From: Bacillota bacterium
GTDB lineage: Bacteria > Bacillota > DTU025
Reading direction: 5' to 3'
Assembly (NCBI GenBank): GCA_050951805.1
Contig: JBMNJT010000002.1
Coordinates: 864,001 to 928,000 of the forward strand
DNA: 64,000 nucleotides
A program made the position numbers and the translations under genes. Under the pieces are notes generated by a model. It saw only the letters and a program-made list of their open reading frames with translations, searched no databases and had not been told where the DNA came from. Positions 42,643 to 52,389 of this stretch are shown here, in pieces (the first letter of the stretch is position 1; each line of letters starts with the position of its first letter).

Positions 42643-42950
42643 TGCAATTGGAGTAGTCTGCATATCCGTTCCGTCACCATGCCCCATCAAGCATATACCA
42701 GTGCAACGCGCTGTGGAATATGCCTGATTGAGCTGCTTGATCACCGTGGCGGATACTACGGTTTCCGGACGGCAGGAGCTGTTGATACTCCTTGTTCGCA
42801 GGCGCAAGCTAATTTGGGGAAGACGCGTTCGACTCGTGGGGATGGGGATTTTTCGGCGGGTTCTTTTGGTTCCTAGGGGTTCGGAGTTCCATTTGGCCTT
42901 CTAGACTTCAGGTTCGGTTGGCCACGGTTTGGCTTCGGTTTTCTGGATCC

Positions 42951-43137
42951 TGAGCAACTTCGAAAAAGTATCTGAGCATTCTAAATGGCCAAGGTCTGAA
43001 TTTCAGACGTAGTCAGGTTGTCGAGGAAAGCGCTCACAGCATCGATCAGCGCATCCATCAAACCATAAAGCCTCTTGGCTGTGACTGCAGGCAATGCAAG
43101 CTCTAGAAACGCGCAGAAACTTATCGAGACCTACTTA
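42951..43137 (-). mobile_element. Internally deleted IS630-like mini-element (about 187 bp)
   Basis: Imperfect IRs TGAGCAACTTCGAAAAAGTATCTG and (revcomp) TAAGTAGGTCTCGATAAGTTTCTG. Residual peptide AVTAKRLYGLMDALIDAVSAFLDNLTTSEIQTLAI* resembles IS630 transposase C-termini. Confidence 0.55.
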
Positions 43138-43434
43138 GGTGGCGCAGGTTCTGCCCGTGGATAGGTGGTTGGACAATATTGTAATGGCGGAGCTATGCCC
43201 CGCCATTATTGATGTGAAGATCGGAGTCTCTTGCTTTTGCCTCGCAGTCATCTTCGGTCATCCATGTCCTTCTGACGCCGAATTGCGGCATCATCCAGGA
43301 TGCAACGCCCGCTTTACCGCTGCGAAGCGCCATGCCGCCCGTCAGCAAAGCCGGCCTGCGGCTGTGGGACCGGGAAAATCACCCTAAAAGGCGATGGCAA
43401 AACGTGAAGAATTCACCTATCCTTTGATATACTA

Positions 43435-44649
43435 ATGGCATTAAGGGGGAATTCGGAAGTGAAACAAGGCCTATTCGCTTCGGGCCTCTTCCTGTTGGCT
43501 GCTGCCATCGTGGTTGCGTACACGCCTGCGGCCTGGGCTGAAGAGGCGTTAGCTTTGGATGCGGAGACCAGTACCAGCGAGGGCGGTTCTTCATGTCGAA
43601 CCATAGGGGTTGGGGAGTTTTTCACCGCGGCCATGTCGTGTGATCCGGGTTTTCTTTCGGCGTGGATTGATACGAATGAGACAAGGGCTAGTCAAGCGGC
43701 TGGCCAATCGTGGACACATTCAACGACGCTGTGGGGATCGGATTCAGCAATAAGGGGCTCGATTTTGGCGACAGGAAGGTCAGGCGGAAGGGTAGAGTTC
43801 TCCTATGATTGCGAAAGCAGCATTGACAGTCATGTCCAGGGAGCGAGAATCGGCGTTGAAGTTCCCCTGTCTGCACTGGCTGATGGGGTGCTTTGTAGAC
43901 GCTCTGACCCTATCCCTACACATCTGCATGTTGTAGAGGCGAGGCTGGCTAGGGCGGAGGGTGAGGCCGTGGCTGGCGCTCTGGGTTGTTTGAGGCGGGC
44001 TCAAATTGCATCTTTCATGGGGGACATGAATGAAGCTCAGAGAGCTCATGTAGAGCTTTCTTTGAGGCTTGGTTGCCGCGATGGGGAGGAGATTATTCAG
44101 GCGTTGTGCCAAGAAGAGTTCGACCATGTGGCGGCGATGATAGGCTCTATCATCAACTCTGATGCCGGGGCGCTTTGCGAGGAGTGGATCCGGCGCGATC
44201 CAAAGGTGCTCGAAGCGAAGATTGATCTTGCTGCCAAACACGAGTCGGGCTTAGCAGAGATGCTGCAGGCTACATCTTTTGTAGCAGAGGCAAAGTGGCA
44301 TGCATTGGAGCCGAACAGACGATGTGCCATTGGGTTTTCCCTAAACGGCCGTGGCCTTGCACGGACCGTCGGAGCTTCTGCGGAGATGCTCGAAGCCAGG
44401 GTCGAGGCTGAACAGGCCCGGAGCACCATAGACTTCCTTCAGCTGTTCGAGGCTGTTGCCGAGGCCGAGGCTGCCTGTGGATTCCTCCATGGAGTGGAGG
44501 GGATGGAGGCCGATTATCTCGAGGCCGTGCTCAGACTTGAACAGAACGGAGTGCGTCTCATGGCCGGATTGGGAATGCTGCCGTACTCTTTTCTTGCAAA
44601 TCCTCACGTGTCGCCGGTACAGAGGATTTTGGCCGGTTGCGTCAAATAA
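43435..44649 (+). CDS. Exported hypothetical protein, possibly a highly diverged TolC-family outer-membrane protein
   Basis: Signal peptide ending AWA. Two repeats of helix-'DP'-helix followed by beta-strand-like segments (FFTAAMSCDPGF; WIRRDPKVLEA), as in TolC. Confidence 0.45.
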   Translation: MALRGNSEVKQGLFASGLFLLAAAIVVAYTPAAWAEEALALDAETSTSEGGSSCRTIGVGEFFTAAMSCDPGFLSAWIDTNETRASQAAGQSWTHSTTLWGSDSAIRGSILATGRSGGRVEFSYDCESSIDSHVQGARIGVEVPLSALADGVLCRRSDPIPTHLHVVEARLARAEGEAVAGALGCLRRAQIASFMGDMNEAQRAHVELSLRLGCRDGEEIIQALCQEEFDHVAAMIGSIINSDAGALCEEWIRRDPKVLEAKIDLAAKHESGLAEMLQATSFVAEAKWHALEPNRRCAIGFSLNGRGLARTVGASAEMLEARVEAEQARSTIDFLQLFEAVAEAEAACGFLHGVEGMEADYLEAVLRLEQNGVRLMAGLGMLPYSFLANPHVSPVQRILAGCVK

Positions 44650-44836
44650 CGTCTACATATGCTGGCAGATGCGTGTAAGCCGACCGAGCATGGAATCGGT
44701 TGGGCAAATTTGCGCGGCAACAGGGGGCGAGTCGTGGCCACGCGGGCTTTGCACCTCAGGTGGCGTGTGCCGATGCGGAATTGGGCACACTTGTACCCAA
44801 TAGACGAAAGATCCGGTGTGTTCATGGAGGTGTGCT

Positions 44837-45259
44837 GTGGAGCGTACGTGCGTTCTAATAAAACCAGATGGAATAGCAAGGGGTTTGGTGGGCGAAATAG
44901 TGTCTAGGTTTGAGCGCAGAGGTTGTCGGATTGTAATGGCGACAACCGTGAACATGACGGAAGAGTTGTTGGCGGAGCACTATGCCCATCTGATAGGAAA
45001 ACCGTTTTTTGCCGACCTGAAAGACTATATGATGTCGGGCCCTGTGATTGCGTTAGTGCTGGAAGCGCCGAATGCGGTGGAAGCGGTCAGACAGATAATA
45101 GGAGCAACTGACCCGATTAAGGCGGGTGCAGGTACTGTGCGTGGTGATTTTGCGACATCATTACACCGTAACCTTGTCCATGCTTCGGATAGTCTCGACG
45201 CTGCGGCCGCTGAGATCGCGCGTTTCTTCCCCCGTGTTGCGCTGCAGAATACGAAATGA
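44837..45259 (+). CDS. ndk: Nucleoside diphosphate kinase
   Basis: 'IKPDG', 'HYAH..GKPFF', 'GT.RGDF', 'N.VHASDS'. Confidence 0.96.
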   Translation: MERTCVLIKPDGIARGLVGEIVSRFERRGCRIVMATTVNMTEELLAEHYAHLIGKPFFADLKDYMMSGPVIALVLEAPNAVEAVRQIIGATDPIKAGAGTVRGDFATSLHRNLVHASDSLDAAAAEIARFFPRVALQNTK

Positions 45260-45268
45260 GGTTTTCAG

Positions 45269-46321
45269 ATGGTTGATCGCATTGCAAAAACGCAGTATGC
45301 ATCGGAGCTCCGGCCGGGTACGGTTGTGAACTCGGTCTTTCTCTGCGCCGATGTGAAGGTGAGGCCAACGAAGTCGGGCTCACAGTTTGCCGACGTGCGC
45401 CTTGTGGACCGGACTGGCGAAATTAGTCTGAAGCTTTGGAATTACTCTGAGAATGTTGCGGGAGCGCTGGCTCCAGGCGTCTTTGTGAAGATCAGAAATG
45501 TGCCTGTAACCGAATACAATGGCTCCCTGCAATTATCATGTGAAACAGCTCAGTTTGGAGGGGCGATCACTCTCTGCAGTTCATCAGAGTGCAATCTGGC
45601 CGACTATGTTCCTTCTACGGTGCGTGATGTCGATTCGATGATTGGGGAGATCGACAATGCTATATGCAACATCAAACCTGGTCCCATCAAATGCCTGCTT
45701 CAGTCCTTCTTTGGCATGCCTGAGTTCAGGGGGGAGTTCATGGAATGGCCTGCAGCAGTCAGGCACCATCATGCATATTCGGGAGGGCTGCTCGAACACA
45801 CGACCGGGGTTTTAAGGTTGTGCTTGTGCGCAGCGGATCAGTATGAGTTTGTCGATCGCGATATTCTAATTGCAGGTGCCCTTCTCCATGACGTGGGCAA
45901 GTTGCGAAGTTACGACTATGACAGGACCCATGGAGCCGCCACCATGTCTCTGCCTGGCGTGATGACTGACCACATTGTCATAGGCGTTGAGATTGTGAAC
46001 AGGCGAATAGCTGATCTTCTCAATGGGTGTGAGAATAAGGGGTCATGTGCCGGGCCATGCTGGACTGAGCAGGAAACTCTACACATTACGCATCTCATTG
46101 CGAGTCATCATGGGAGTCTGGAGTGGGGATCGCCGGTGCAACCGGCTACCATAGAAGCGTGTATTCTTCATCATGCCGACAATATGGACGCCCAGGTAAA
46201 CAAGTATGAAAGGACTATAAGAGAGATGCTTGGAACGGGCGACGGGCAGTGCAGATATTCTGAGCATGTTGGCAAGATGGTATGGGCGCCTCCCGGTTCT
46301 TTTGAAGATGATAGAAGCTGA
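45269..46321 (+). CDS. yhaM: 3'-5' exoribonuclease YhaM family (OB-fold + HD)
   Basis: 'L.DRTGEI...LW', 'PAA..HHHAY.GGLLEHT', 'LLHDVGK', 'SHHG.LEWGSP', 'ADNMDA'. Confidence 0.9.
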   Translation: MVDRIAKTQYASELRPGTVVNSVFLCADVKVRPTKSGSQFADVRLVDRTGEISLKLWNYSENVAGALAPGVFVKIRNVPVTEYNGSLQLSCETAQFGGAITLCSSSECNLADYVPSTVRDVDSMIGEIDNAICNIKPGPIKCLLQSFFGMPEFRGEFMEWPAAVRHHHAYSGGLLEHTTGVLRLCLCAADQYEFVDRDILIAGALLHDVGKLRSYDYDRTHGAATMSLPGVMTDHIVIGVEIVNRRIADLLNGCENKGSCAGPCWTEQETLHITHLIASHHGSLEWGSPVQPATIEACILHHADNMDAQVNKYERTIREMLGTGDGQCRYSEHVGKMVWAPPGSFEDDRS

Positions 46322-46334
46322 GATCTGATGCGTC

Positions 46335-46365
46335 CAGGGCTCTCATTTCGATGGGGGCCCTGTTT
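46335..46365 (+). terminator. Terminator after yhaM
   Basis: CAGGGCTCTCAT-TTCG-ATGGGGGCCCTG-TTT. Confidence 0.65.
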
Positions 46366-46567
46366 GTGCGTACGGGCGTTCCAATCTCTGGATGCTGATG
46401 GCTTCGCGCTTGCTTGTCGACTAATCTAGTAGCGGGTTGCTATTATGGGGGAAAACGTCTGTAAAAAAACGCGTTTGCTTCGAAACTCCAGGCGGGTTGG
46501 GGCGTCTTACTTAGTGTAAACAAATGTCCTTAAATTGAAGGAAGACGTTGCTTTGAGGTGATTTGCA

Positions 46568-47095
46568 ATGTGCAACATGCGCAGGCGTACTATGGGGCCT
46601 GCAATTGCTCTTGTGAGCATGTTGATGTTACTTGCTGGCCATGGGTCAACTGTTCTGGCGCAGCCTTCCATCCTTGTAGGGTCTCGGGCCCCGGAAATCA
46701 AGGCGGTTGGGGTCAGAAATGAAAGCGTTCAGGTGCCAGCGCGCGGCGGAATTACAGTTCTCGTCTTCTGGAACAGCAAATACCGATTGTCGCTTGATGC
46801 CCTCGCGGCCATGCAGGGGATATGGGAGGCGTACGGCGCCCGGGGTGTCGTGTGTGTGGGCCTTAATGACTTGGGTGAGGAAGATCGTGCTGTGGAGCAA
46901 CTTGCAGAACGCATGAACATAGGCTTCGTGCTTGTGAGTGGGCGTGCGGCATCGTCGGCGGCAGTCGCTTACAGGCTCCGCGGCGTTCCTGCAGTATTTG
47001 TAGTGGACAGATCGGGCGTCATCGTATATGTAAGGGAGGGATGGGACAAGAAGGCGGAGTCGGAAATCAGGGAAATAATATCAAAAGCCCTCTAA
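46568..47095 (+). CDS. Exported TlpA/ResA-like thioredoxin-fold protein lacking CXXC
   Basis: Signal peptide; 'VG..APE', 'VL.FW', 'Y...GVP..F.VDR.G.I'. The CXXC position reads YRLS. Confidence 0.75.
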   Translation: MCNMRRRTMGPAIALVSMLMLLAGHGSTVLAQPSILVGSRAPEIKAVGVRNESVQVPARGGITVLVFWNSKYRLSLDALAAMQGIWEAYGARGVVCVGLNDLGEEDRAVEQLAERMNIGFVLVSGRAASSAAVAYRLRGVPAVFVVDRSGVIVYVREGWDKKAESEIREIISKAL

Positions 47096-47133
47096 TTATA
47101 ACGAAGAATATGGATTATTTAAGATAATATTCG

Positions 47134-47160
47134 GCAGGAATTTCCATCTGAAGGCCGAAT
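47134..47160 (+). promoter_or_regulatory. Sigma-H-type promoter
   Basis: GCAGGAATTT...GCCGAAT. Confidence 0.65.
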
Positions 47161-47206
47161 AAACAAGAGCAGGAGACTATTACCGCGACAAGGAGGCAGT
47201 TGGGCA

Positions 47207-49081
47207 ATGAAAGTCGTGCGGTGCATAATTATGGTCCTGCTCTTTACGGCGGTCGTATTCGGCATGGGCTTAATCGGGCAGGCGGCTGCCGGCGGAGTCT
47301 ACGAGATGGCCATCTTCGAGGACCCGACCACGGTGAATGTTTGGGCCGCTCTGGGCCCCGACGCCACGGTATGGAACGCATTTGTCGGGTACCAGCAGAG
47401 CTACATAGGTCTATACGGAAATGCAGCTCCTGACTTCGTCTTCTGCCCTGTAGCAGCTTCGGGAATGCCATCTCCTTTTAAAGAGGAGAAGATTGGCGAC
47501 AAGACCTACTACACCTCCATTGTGAACATTCGCAAGGAGCTGAAGTGGAGCGATGGGAGACCACTAACCGCTGATGACGTCGTCTTCAGCTATATGGCGC
47601 CTCTCGCTCTGGATCCGAACAGGCTGGGAGGAAATTGGCCTGGGAATATTGACCCCGAAATCCTTGCGAAGGTGGAGAAGGTCGGCGAGTACAGTGTCAA
47701 GTTCTATCTGACAGAGCTTCCTGGCTTGGCTCAGTGGCAATACGGAATGTTGCAGGCTCTTATTCTGTCCAAGGCCTACTGGGATCCTGTAGTGAGCCGC
47801 GCGCTCAAAGCGGCTGACCCTGTGAAGGAACTCTTGGCTCATGATCCTAAGGGTGAGCCTGTTGCCGGGCCATGGGTGAGGGACAAATGGGAGAAGGGAG
47901 CTTTCGTTACCCATGTTCCCAATCCTTACTACGCCATGAAGGGCGACACCAATACTTTCTACAAAAATGGCGCGTTCGTGACGGAGAACAAGAAGACAGG
48001 ATTCAGCTATGTGCTGGGGGATCCCAAGGGCGACGTGAAGCTTTCTGTGACCGAGGGCCCATACGCCAACAGGTTGATGTTCCGGATCCTGCAGAACCAG
48101 AATGCTGCTGTGCTATCCCTCATGGCCGGCGAAGTGGACTTTGTCCTTAACTCCCTCGGACTTCAGCGGGGATTCCAGGATCAACTGAAGAAGGCGGCCA
48201 ACGTCGAGGTCGTGGAGAATAATGTTAACGGGTTTAGATACATGGCGTTCAATTTGAGCAAGTATCCTTTCGGCATCAAGGAGTTTCGGCAGGCCGTGTC
48301 AGTCCTGATCGACAGGGAGTACATTTGCGAGAGAGTGCTGCAGGGCGTTGCATTCCCCCAGTATTCAGTTGTGCCTCCTGGCAATGCGTACTGGTTTAAC
48401 GCCAATGTTCCGATGTGGGGGAAGGGCATGACTCGTAGCCAGAGAATAACTGAGGCTGTTAGGTTGCTCAAGAGCGCTGGGTTTTCGTGGGAAGTGGAAC
48501 CTCAGGTTGATCTTGCCAAAGATAAGGTGCTCAGACGCGGCAAGGGCCTGATTATGCCGAATGGCAAGAAGATGCAGCCATTTGAGTTCAACGTGATGAC
48601 TGCAGGATATGACCCGCTTCGCTACACCTTCGGGTTGAACATTGCCACCTGGATGCAGGAGATTGGCATTCCGGTGGAGGTAGTTCCCACTGAGTTCAAT
48701 GTTGTTATATCCAAAACTGATGAACGTGACTTTGACTGCTTCATGCTCGGTTGGAGCCTATCGCTCTATCCGGATCATATGTATTGGTTCTTCCACAGCA
48801 GCCAGTGTCCGGCCGGAGGCTTCAACTATGAAATGTACAATAATCCGAAGTTTGACAAGATGGTAGAGGACTTCCTGAAGGAGTCTGACATGGAGACCGC
48901 TCGCAAGATGGCGTTCAAGCTCCAGGAAATCCTGGCCGACGAGCTTCCGTATATTGTCCTATTCGACACTCCTCTGATCGAAGCATATCGAAGCGATCGC
49001 CTTGCATACCCCTACACCAAGACCCTAAGTGGCATCCAGTACAACGGAGGCATGACCAGCACGGTCAGGCTGAAGAACTAG
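47207..49081 (+). CDS. Family-5 ABC solute-binding protein (canonical domain order)
   Basis: GGVYEM..EDPTT.N, then WSDGRPLTADDV, then AGPW...NPYY, then GPY.NRL.FRI, then R.A...IDRE, then ADELPYI.L. Confidence 0.9.
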   Translation: MKVVRCIIMVLLFTAVVFGMGLIGQAAAGGVYEMAIFEDPTTVNVWAALGPDATVWNAFVGYQQSYIGLYGNAAPDFVFCPVAASGMPSPFKEEKIGDKTYYTSIVNIRKELKWSDGRPLTADDVVFSYMAPLALDPNRLGGNWPGNIDPEILAKVEKVGEYSVKFYLTELPGLAQWQYGMLQALILSKAYWDPVVSRALKAADPVKELLAHDPKGEPVAGPWVRDKWEKGAFVTHVPNPYYAMKGDTNTFYKNGAFVTENKKTGFSYVLGDPKGDVKLSVTEGPYANRLMFRILQNQNAAVLSLMAGEVDFVLNSLGLQRGFQDQLKKAANVEVVENNVNGFRYMAFNLSKYPFGIKEFRQAVSVLIDREYICERVLQGVAFPQYSVVPPGNAYWFNANVPMWGKGMTRSQRITEAVRLLKSAGFSWEVEPQVDLAKDKVLRRGKGLIMPNGKKMQPFEFNVMTAGYDPLRYTFGLNIATWMQEIGIPVEVVPTEFNVVISKTDERDFDCFMLGWSLSLYPDHMYWFFHSSQCPAGGFNYEMYNNPKFDKMVEDFLKESDMETARKMAFKLQEILADELPYIVLFDTPLIEAYRSDRLAYPYTKTLSGIQYNGGMTSTVRLKN

Positions 49082-49111
49082 TCCAGGGAATAGCATAGGG
49101 CTTTTGGCTAT

Positions 49112-49162
49112 GCGCGGGGCGGGCCGAGGCCTTCCTCAGGCCTCTCGGCCCGCGCCTCGTTT
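49112..49162 (+). terminator. GC-rich hairpin after the SBP gene (stabiliser/partial terminator)
   Basis: GCGGGCCGAGGCC...GGCCTCTCGGCCCGC inverted repeat. Confidence 0.55.
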
Positions 49163-49195
49163 CCCAAAGAACACCGGAAAGCATAGGTGATCAAG

Positions 49196-50374
49196 ATGCG
49201 CAGATATGTTCTTAGCCGTGTAGGCCAGCTGGTAATCACTTTGCTCATCTACATTACACTAGTCTACTTCTTGCTCCAGGCGATGCCGGGAGACATCTCC
49301 ATGATATATCTTCAGAACCCGAGAATACCCCAGGCGGCGCGGGACGAACTCAAGAAACAGCTGGGTTTGGATCGGTCGCCGGTCATGCAATACTTCTCGT
49401 ACATGAAGAATTTCTTCACAGGCAATTTGGGGGTTTCGTTTTCACAGTATCCGAGGCCTGTCTGGGATATACTCATCGAACGGTTGCCTAGGACGCTGGT
49501 GTTATTCCTTACTGCGAACTCATTGTCGTTCTATGTAGGGTTCGTGCTGGGCAGGGTCATTGCCTGGAAGCGTGGAGCCAGTATCGACCATGTGGCCACC
49601 GTTGTGGGAATAACGTTTTGGACCGCTTTCTATCCGCTGCTTGCTTTGGTCCTGATCTGGTTGTTTGCCTATACATTGAAATGGTTGCCGCTTAACCAGT
49701 TCATTGAACCTAGTTTATGGGTGCATGCTCCGTGGCCTTCAAACACAGTCTTTGGATTTATGGTTCTCGGAGTAGTCTTGATCTCTGTGTCCATATTCAT
49801 CATATTCTGGCGTCTTACTCGAGGGCAGCGCAAGACGAGACGGAACATCGGCTTGGCTTGGGGACTGTCTGCCGCAGTAGTCGCTATTGCGCTCGGGGTT
49901 GCCGCTAAGGCGGGCATGCTTATATATATCTGGGATATTGTGCGGCACATGATACTTCCCGTTGTCACTCTTACTTTGATCAACTTTGCTGGCACCATGT
50001 TGCTAATGCGTGACTCAATGCTTGAGACGGTGGAAGAGGATTACGTGATGGCCGCCCGGGCCAAGGGGCTCCCCGATGCCGTGGTGCGTGACAGGTATGC
50101 CGCGAGGAATGCTCTCCTTCCGACAGTTACGAGCTTGGTGCTTTCGCTTGCATCCTCGATGAGTGGGGGCTTGGTGACTGAGACAATGTTCTCATGGCCC
50201 GGGCTCGGTCAGGTTCTTTTCCGTTCGGCTCTGGCCAATGATTACCCGCTTGCCACAGGGGCATTGGTGTTTACAGGCATATTCCTTTTGATAGCCCACT
50301 TCGTTGCAGACATGCTTTATGCTGCTCTGGATCCGAGAATTTCCTATACTGGGGAACCGGCGGCTGAAGGGTAG
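49196..50374 (+). CDS. Opp/Dpp ABC permease B
   Basis: 'MPGD', 'LGLD', 'EDYVMAARAKGL', 'FSWPGLG', 'LDPRI'. Confidence 0.92.
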   Translation: MRRYVLSRVGQLVITLLIYITLVYFLLQAMPGDISMIYLQNPRIPQAARDELKKQLGLDRSPVMQYFSYMKNFFTGNLGVSFSQYPRPVWDILIERLPRTLVLFLTANSLSFYVGFVLGRVIAWKRGASIDHVATVVGITFWTAFYPLLALVLIWLFAYTLKWLPLNQFIEPSLWVHAPWPSNTVFGFMVLGVVLISVSIFIIFWRLTRGQRKTRRNIGLAWGLSAAVVAIALGVAAKAGMLIYIWDIVRHMILPVVTLTLINFAGTMLLMRDSMLETVEEDYVMAARAKGLPDAVVRDRYAARNALLPTVTSLVLSLASSMSGGLVTETMFSWPGLGQVLFRSALANDYPLATGALVFTGIFLLIAHFVADMLYAALDPRISYTGEPAAEG

Positions 50375-50381
50375 GTGAGTA

Positions 50382-51377
50382 ATGATGACTGATCCTGCAA
50401 AGAATCCGAACATCCATCCTAGCTCGGGTATGGGGCCAACGGCGCATTCTCGGGTGATAAGGGAGCCGCTATGGAAGATCAGGTGGAGGCTGAATATGCG
50501 CTCGCTTGCGCAGAATTGGGCGGTTTTCAAGGAAAGCCGGATTGGCCTTGCGGGCCTGGCCATCATAGTTTGCTTCGGAGTTTTCGGCCTGATGTGGCCG
50601 ATAATGATCGGGAACTTATGGGATGTGCACATATACCATCCGGTAGTGGGTTTCGATCCTGCGATGATGCATCCCGCCCCGCCTTGCCGCGGGCATGTTC
50701 TTGGAACCGACCCCATTGGCCGGGACGTATTGGCGCAGCTCATGTTCAGCACGGGTCGGGAATTCTTGCTGGGAGTACTGTCCGCAGTAATTAGCGTAGT
50801 TGTAGGGACTTTTGTCGGAGCTATTGCTGCCTACTACGGGGGGCTAACGGATTCCTTTTTCATGAGGCTTGCGGATATCATCATGCTTTTTCCGTTTGTC
50901 CCTCTCTTGGTAGTGGTGGGATCCCTCGTCAGGCTTGATATGTTCTCATTCGCCATTATTTTGGGATTCTTGGAGGCGTTTGGCGGCATTACTATCATCC
51001 TCAAGGCTCAGGCATTGCAAGTTAATGTGAGGCCTTATATAGACGCGGCAAAGGTTGCCGGCGGAGACGACTTGCACATAATTCGATCACATATCATACC
51101 CAATGTCCTGCCGCTTTCCTTCCTATATATGATGTTCAACGTTACAGCTGCGATTCTGAGCGAGGCTACTCTGTCTTTCTTCGGCGTGCTGAATATAGAC
51201 ATGAGCTGGGGGATGATGATACACACGGCAGAAACGGCCGGGTACCTGTTTGACTACGGCCGATACTGGTGGCTGTGGCTCCCTTCTGGGCTGGCGATCA
51301 CGCTGTTCTGCGCCGCCTTCTACATGGTGGGCCGGGGCCTTGATGAGGTCGTTAATCCCCGACTCAGAAAGAGGTGA
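50382..51377 (+). CDS. Opp/Dpp ABC permease C
   Basis: 'HVLGTD..GRD', 'YIDAAK..G', 'HIIPN', 'NPRLR'. Confidence 0.92.
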   Translation: MMTDPAKNPNIHPSSGMGPTAHSRVIREPLWKIRWRLNMRSLAQNWAVFKESRIGLAGLAIIVCFGVFGLMWPIMIGNLWDVHIYHPVVGFDPAMMHPAPPCRGHVLGTDPIGRDVLAQLMFSTGREFLLGVLSAVISVVVGTFVGAIAAYYGGLTDSFFMRLADIIMLFPFVPLLVVVGSLVRLDMFSFAIILGFLEAFGGITIILKAQALQVNVRPYIDAAKVAGGDDLHIIRSHIIPNVLPLSFLYMMFNVTAAILSEATLSFFGVLNIDMSWGMMIHTAETAGYLFDYGRYWWLWLPSGLAITLFCAAFYMVGRGLDEVVNPRLRKR

Positions 51378-51384
51378 GCTGAGA

Positions 51385-52389
51385 ATGGATGCTCTTTTGA
51401 AGATCGAGAACTTCACAATGCATTATCGGACAAGGGCGGGACATGTGAAGGCAGTGGATGATGTGACGTTCTCGCTTGCGCACGGGCAGTCGCTGGGCCT
51501 TGTTGGCGAGTCGGGATGTGGGAAAACCTCGGTTGCCATGTCGATAATGCGGTTGCTCCCGTACAATTCGGAGATCAAAAGCGGTACGATTGTCCTTCAC
51601 GGGCAAGACATATATTCGATGCGCGAAGAAGAGTTCCGCAAGCTCAGATGGAAAGAGGTTGCAATGATATTCCAGGCAGCCATGAATGCCCTCAATCCTG
51701 TCTATACGGTTGGAAGTCAGATAACAGAGGTCATACTCGAACATGAACCGGAAGTTTCGGAAAGAGAGGCTCGGCAGCGGGTAACCGAGTTGTTCAGCAT
51801 TGTTGGAATTCCGGAAGAGAGAATGGATCATTACCCGCACGAGTATAGCGGCGGCATGAAGCAGCGCGCTGTGATTGCCATGGCTTTAGCCTGCAACCCA
51901 AGCTTGATTATAGCTGATGAACCCACTACTGCGCTTGATGTCATTGTTCAGGACAAGATTTTGCGCGAGATGGAGGAGATCAGGCGCAAGACCGGCATGA
52001 GCATGATGTACATCTCTCACGATGTGTCGGTAATAGCTGAAGTAAGCGACATCGTCGGCGTGATGTATGCCGGAAAACTTGTGGAGATTGGACCTGCAGA
52101 CGATGTGTTCAAGCGTCCGAGGCATCCGTACACTTACGGGCTGATGAATGCGTATCCCAGCATACTTGGGGAAAAACGCGATCTGGCAACGATTCCAGGC
52201 GAGCCTCCCAACTTGATGTTCCCGCCCCTAGGATGCAGGTTTCATCCCAGGTGTGATTGGGCGACTGATGAATGCGGCCAGGTAGAACCGCGAGCGCGGT
52301 ACGTGGGACTGGACCATTCGGTTGCATGCCATAATCCACTTCGAGCTCCATCGTCGGGAGGTGAGCCCATTGGCGTTGCCAAAGCCTAA
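51385..52389 (+). CDS. Opp/Dpp ABC ATP-binding protein D
   Basis: GESGCGKT, YPHEYSGGMKQR, ADEPT and C-terminal CRFHPRC. Confidence 0.94.
   Translation: MDALLKIENFTMHYRTRAGHVKAVDDVTFSLAHGQSLGLVGESGCGKTSVAMSIMRLLPYNSEIKSGTIVLHGQDIYSMREEEFRKLRWKEVAMIFQAAMNALNPVYTVGSQITEVILEHEPEVSEREARQRVTELFSIVGIPEERMDHYPHEYSGGMKQRAVIAMALACNPSLIIADEPTTALDVIVQDKILREMEEIRRKTGMSMMYISHDVSVIAEVSDIVGVMYAGKLVEIGPADDVFKRPRHPYTYGLMNAYPSILGEKRDLATIPGEPPNLMFPPLGCRFHPRCDWATDECGQVEPRARYVGLDHSVACHNPLRAPSSGGEPIGVAKA

Noticed and set aside
42679-42876. Prepilin-like 'GICLIELL' in a short ORF
   Set aside because: No hydrophobic helix follows and there is no SD; probably chance within a decayed region.
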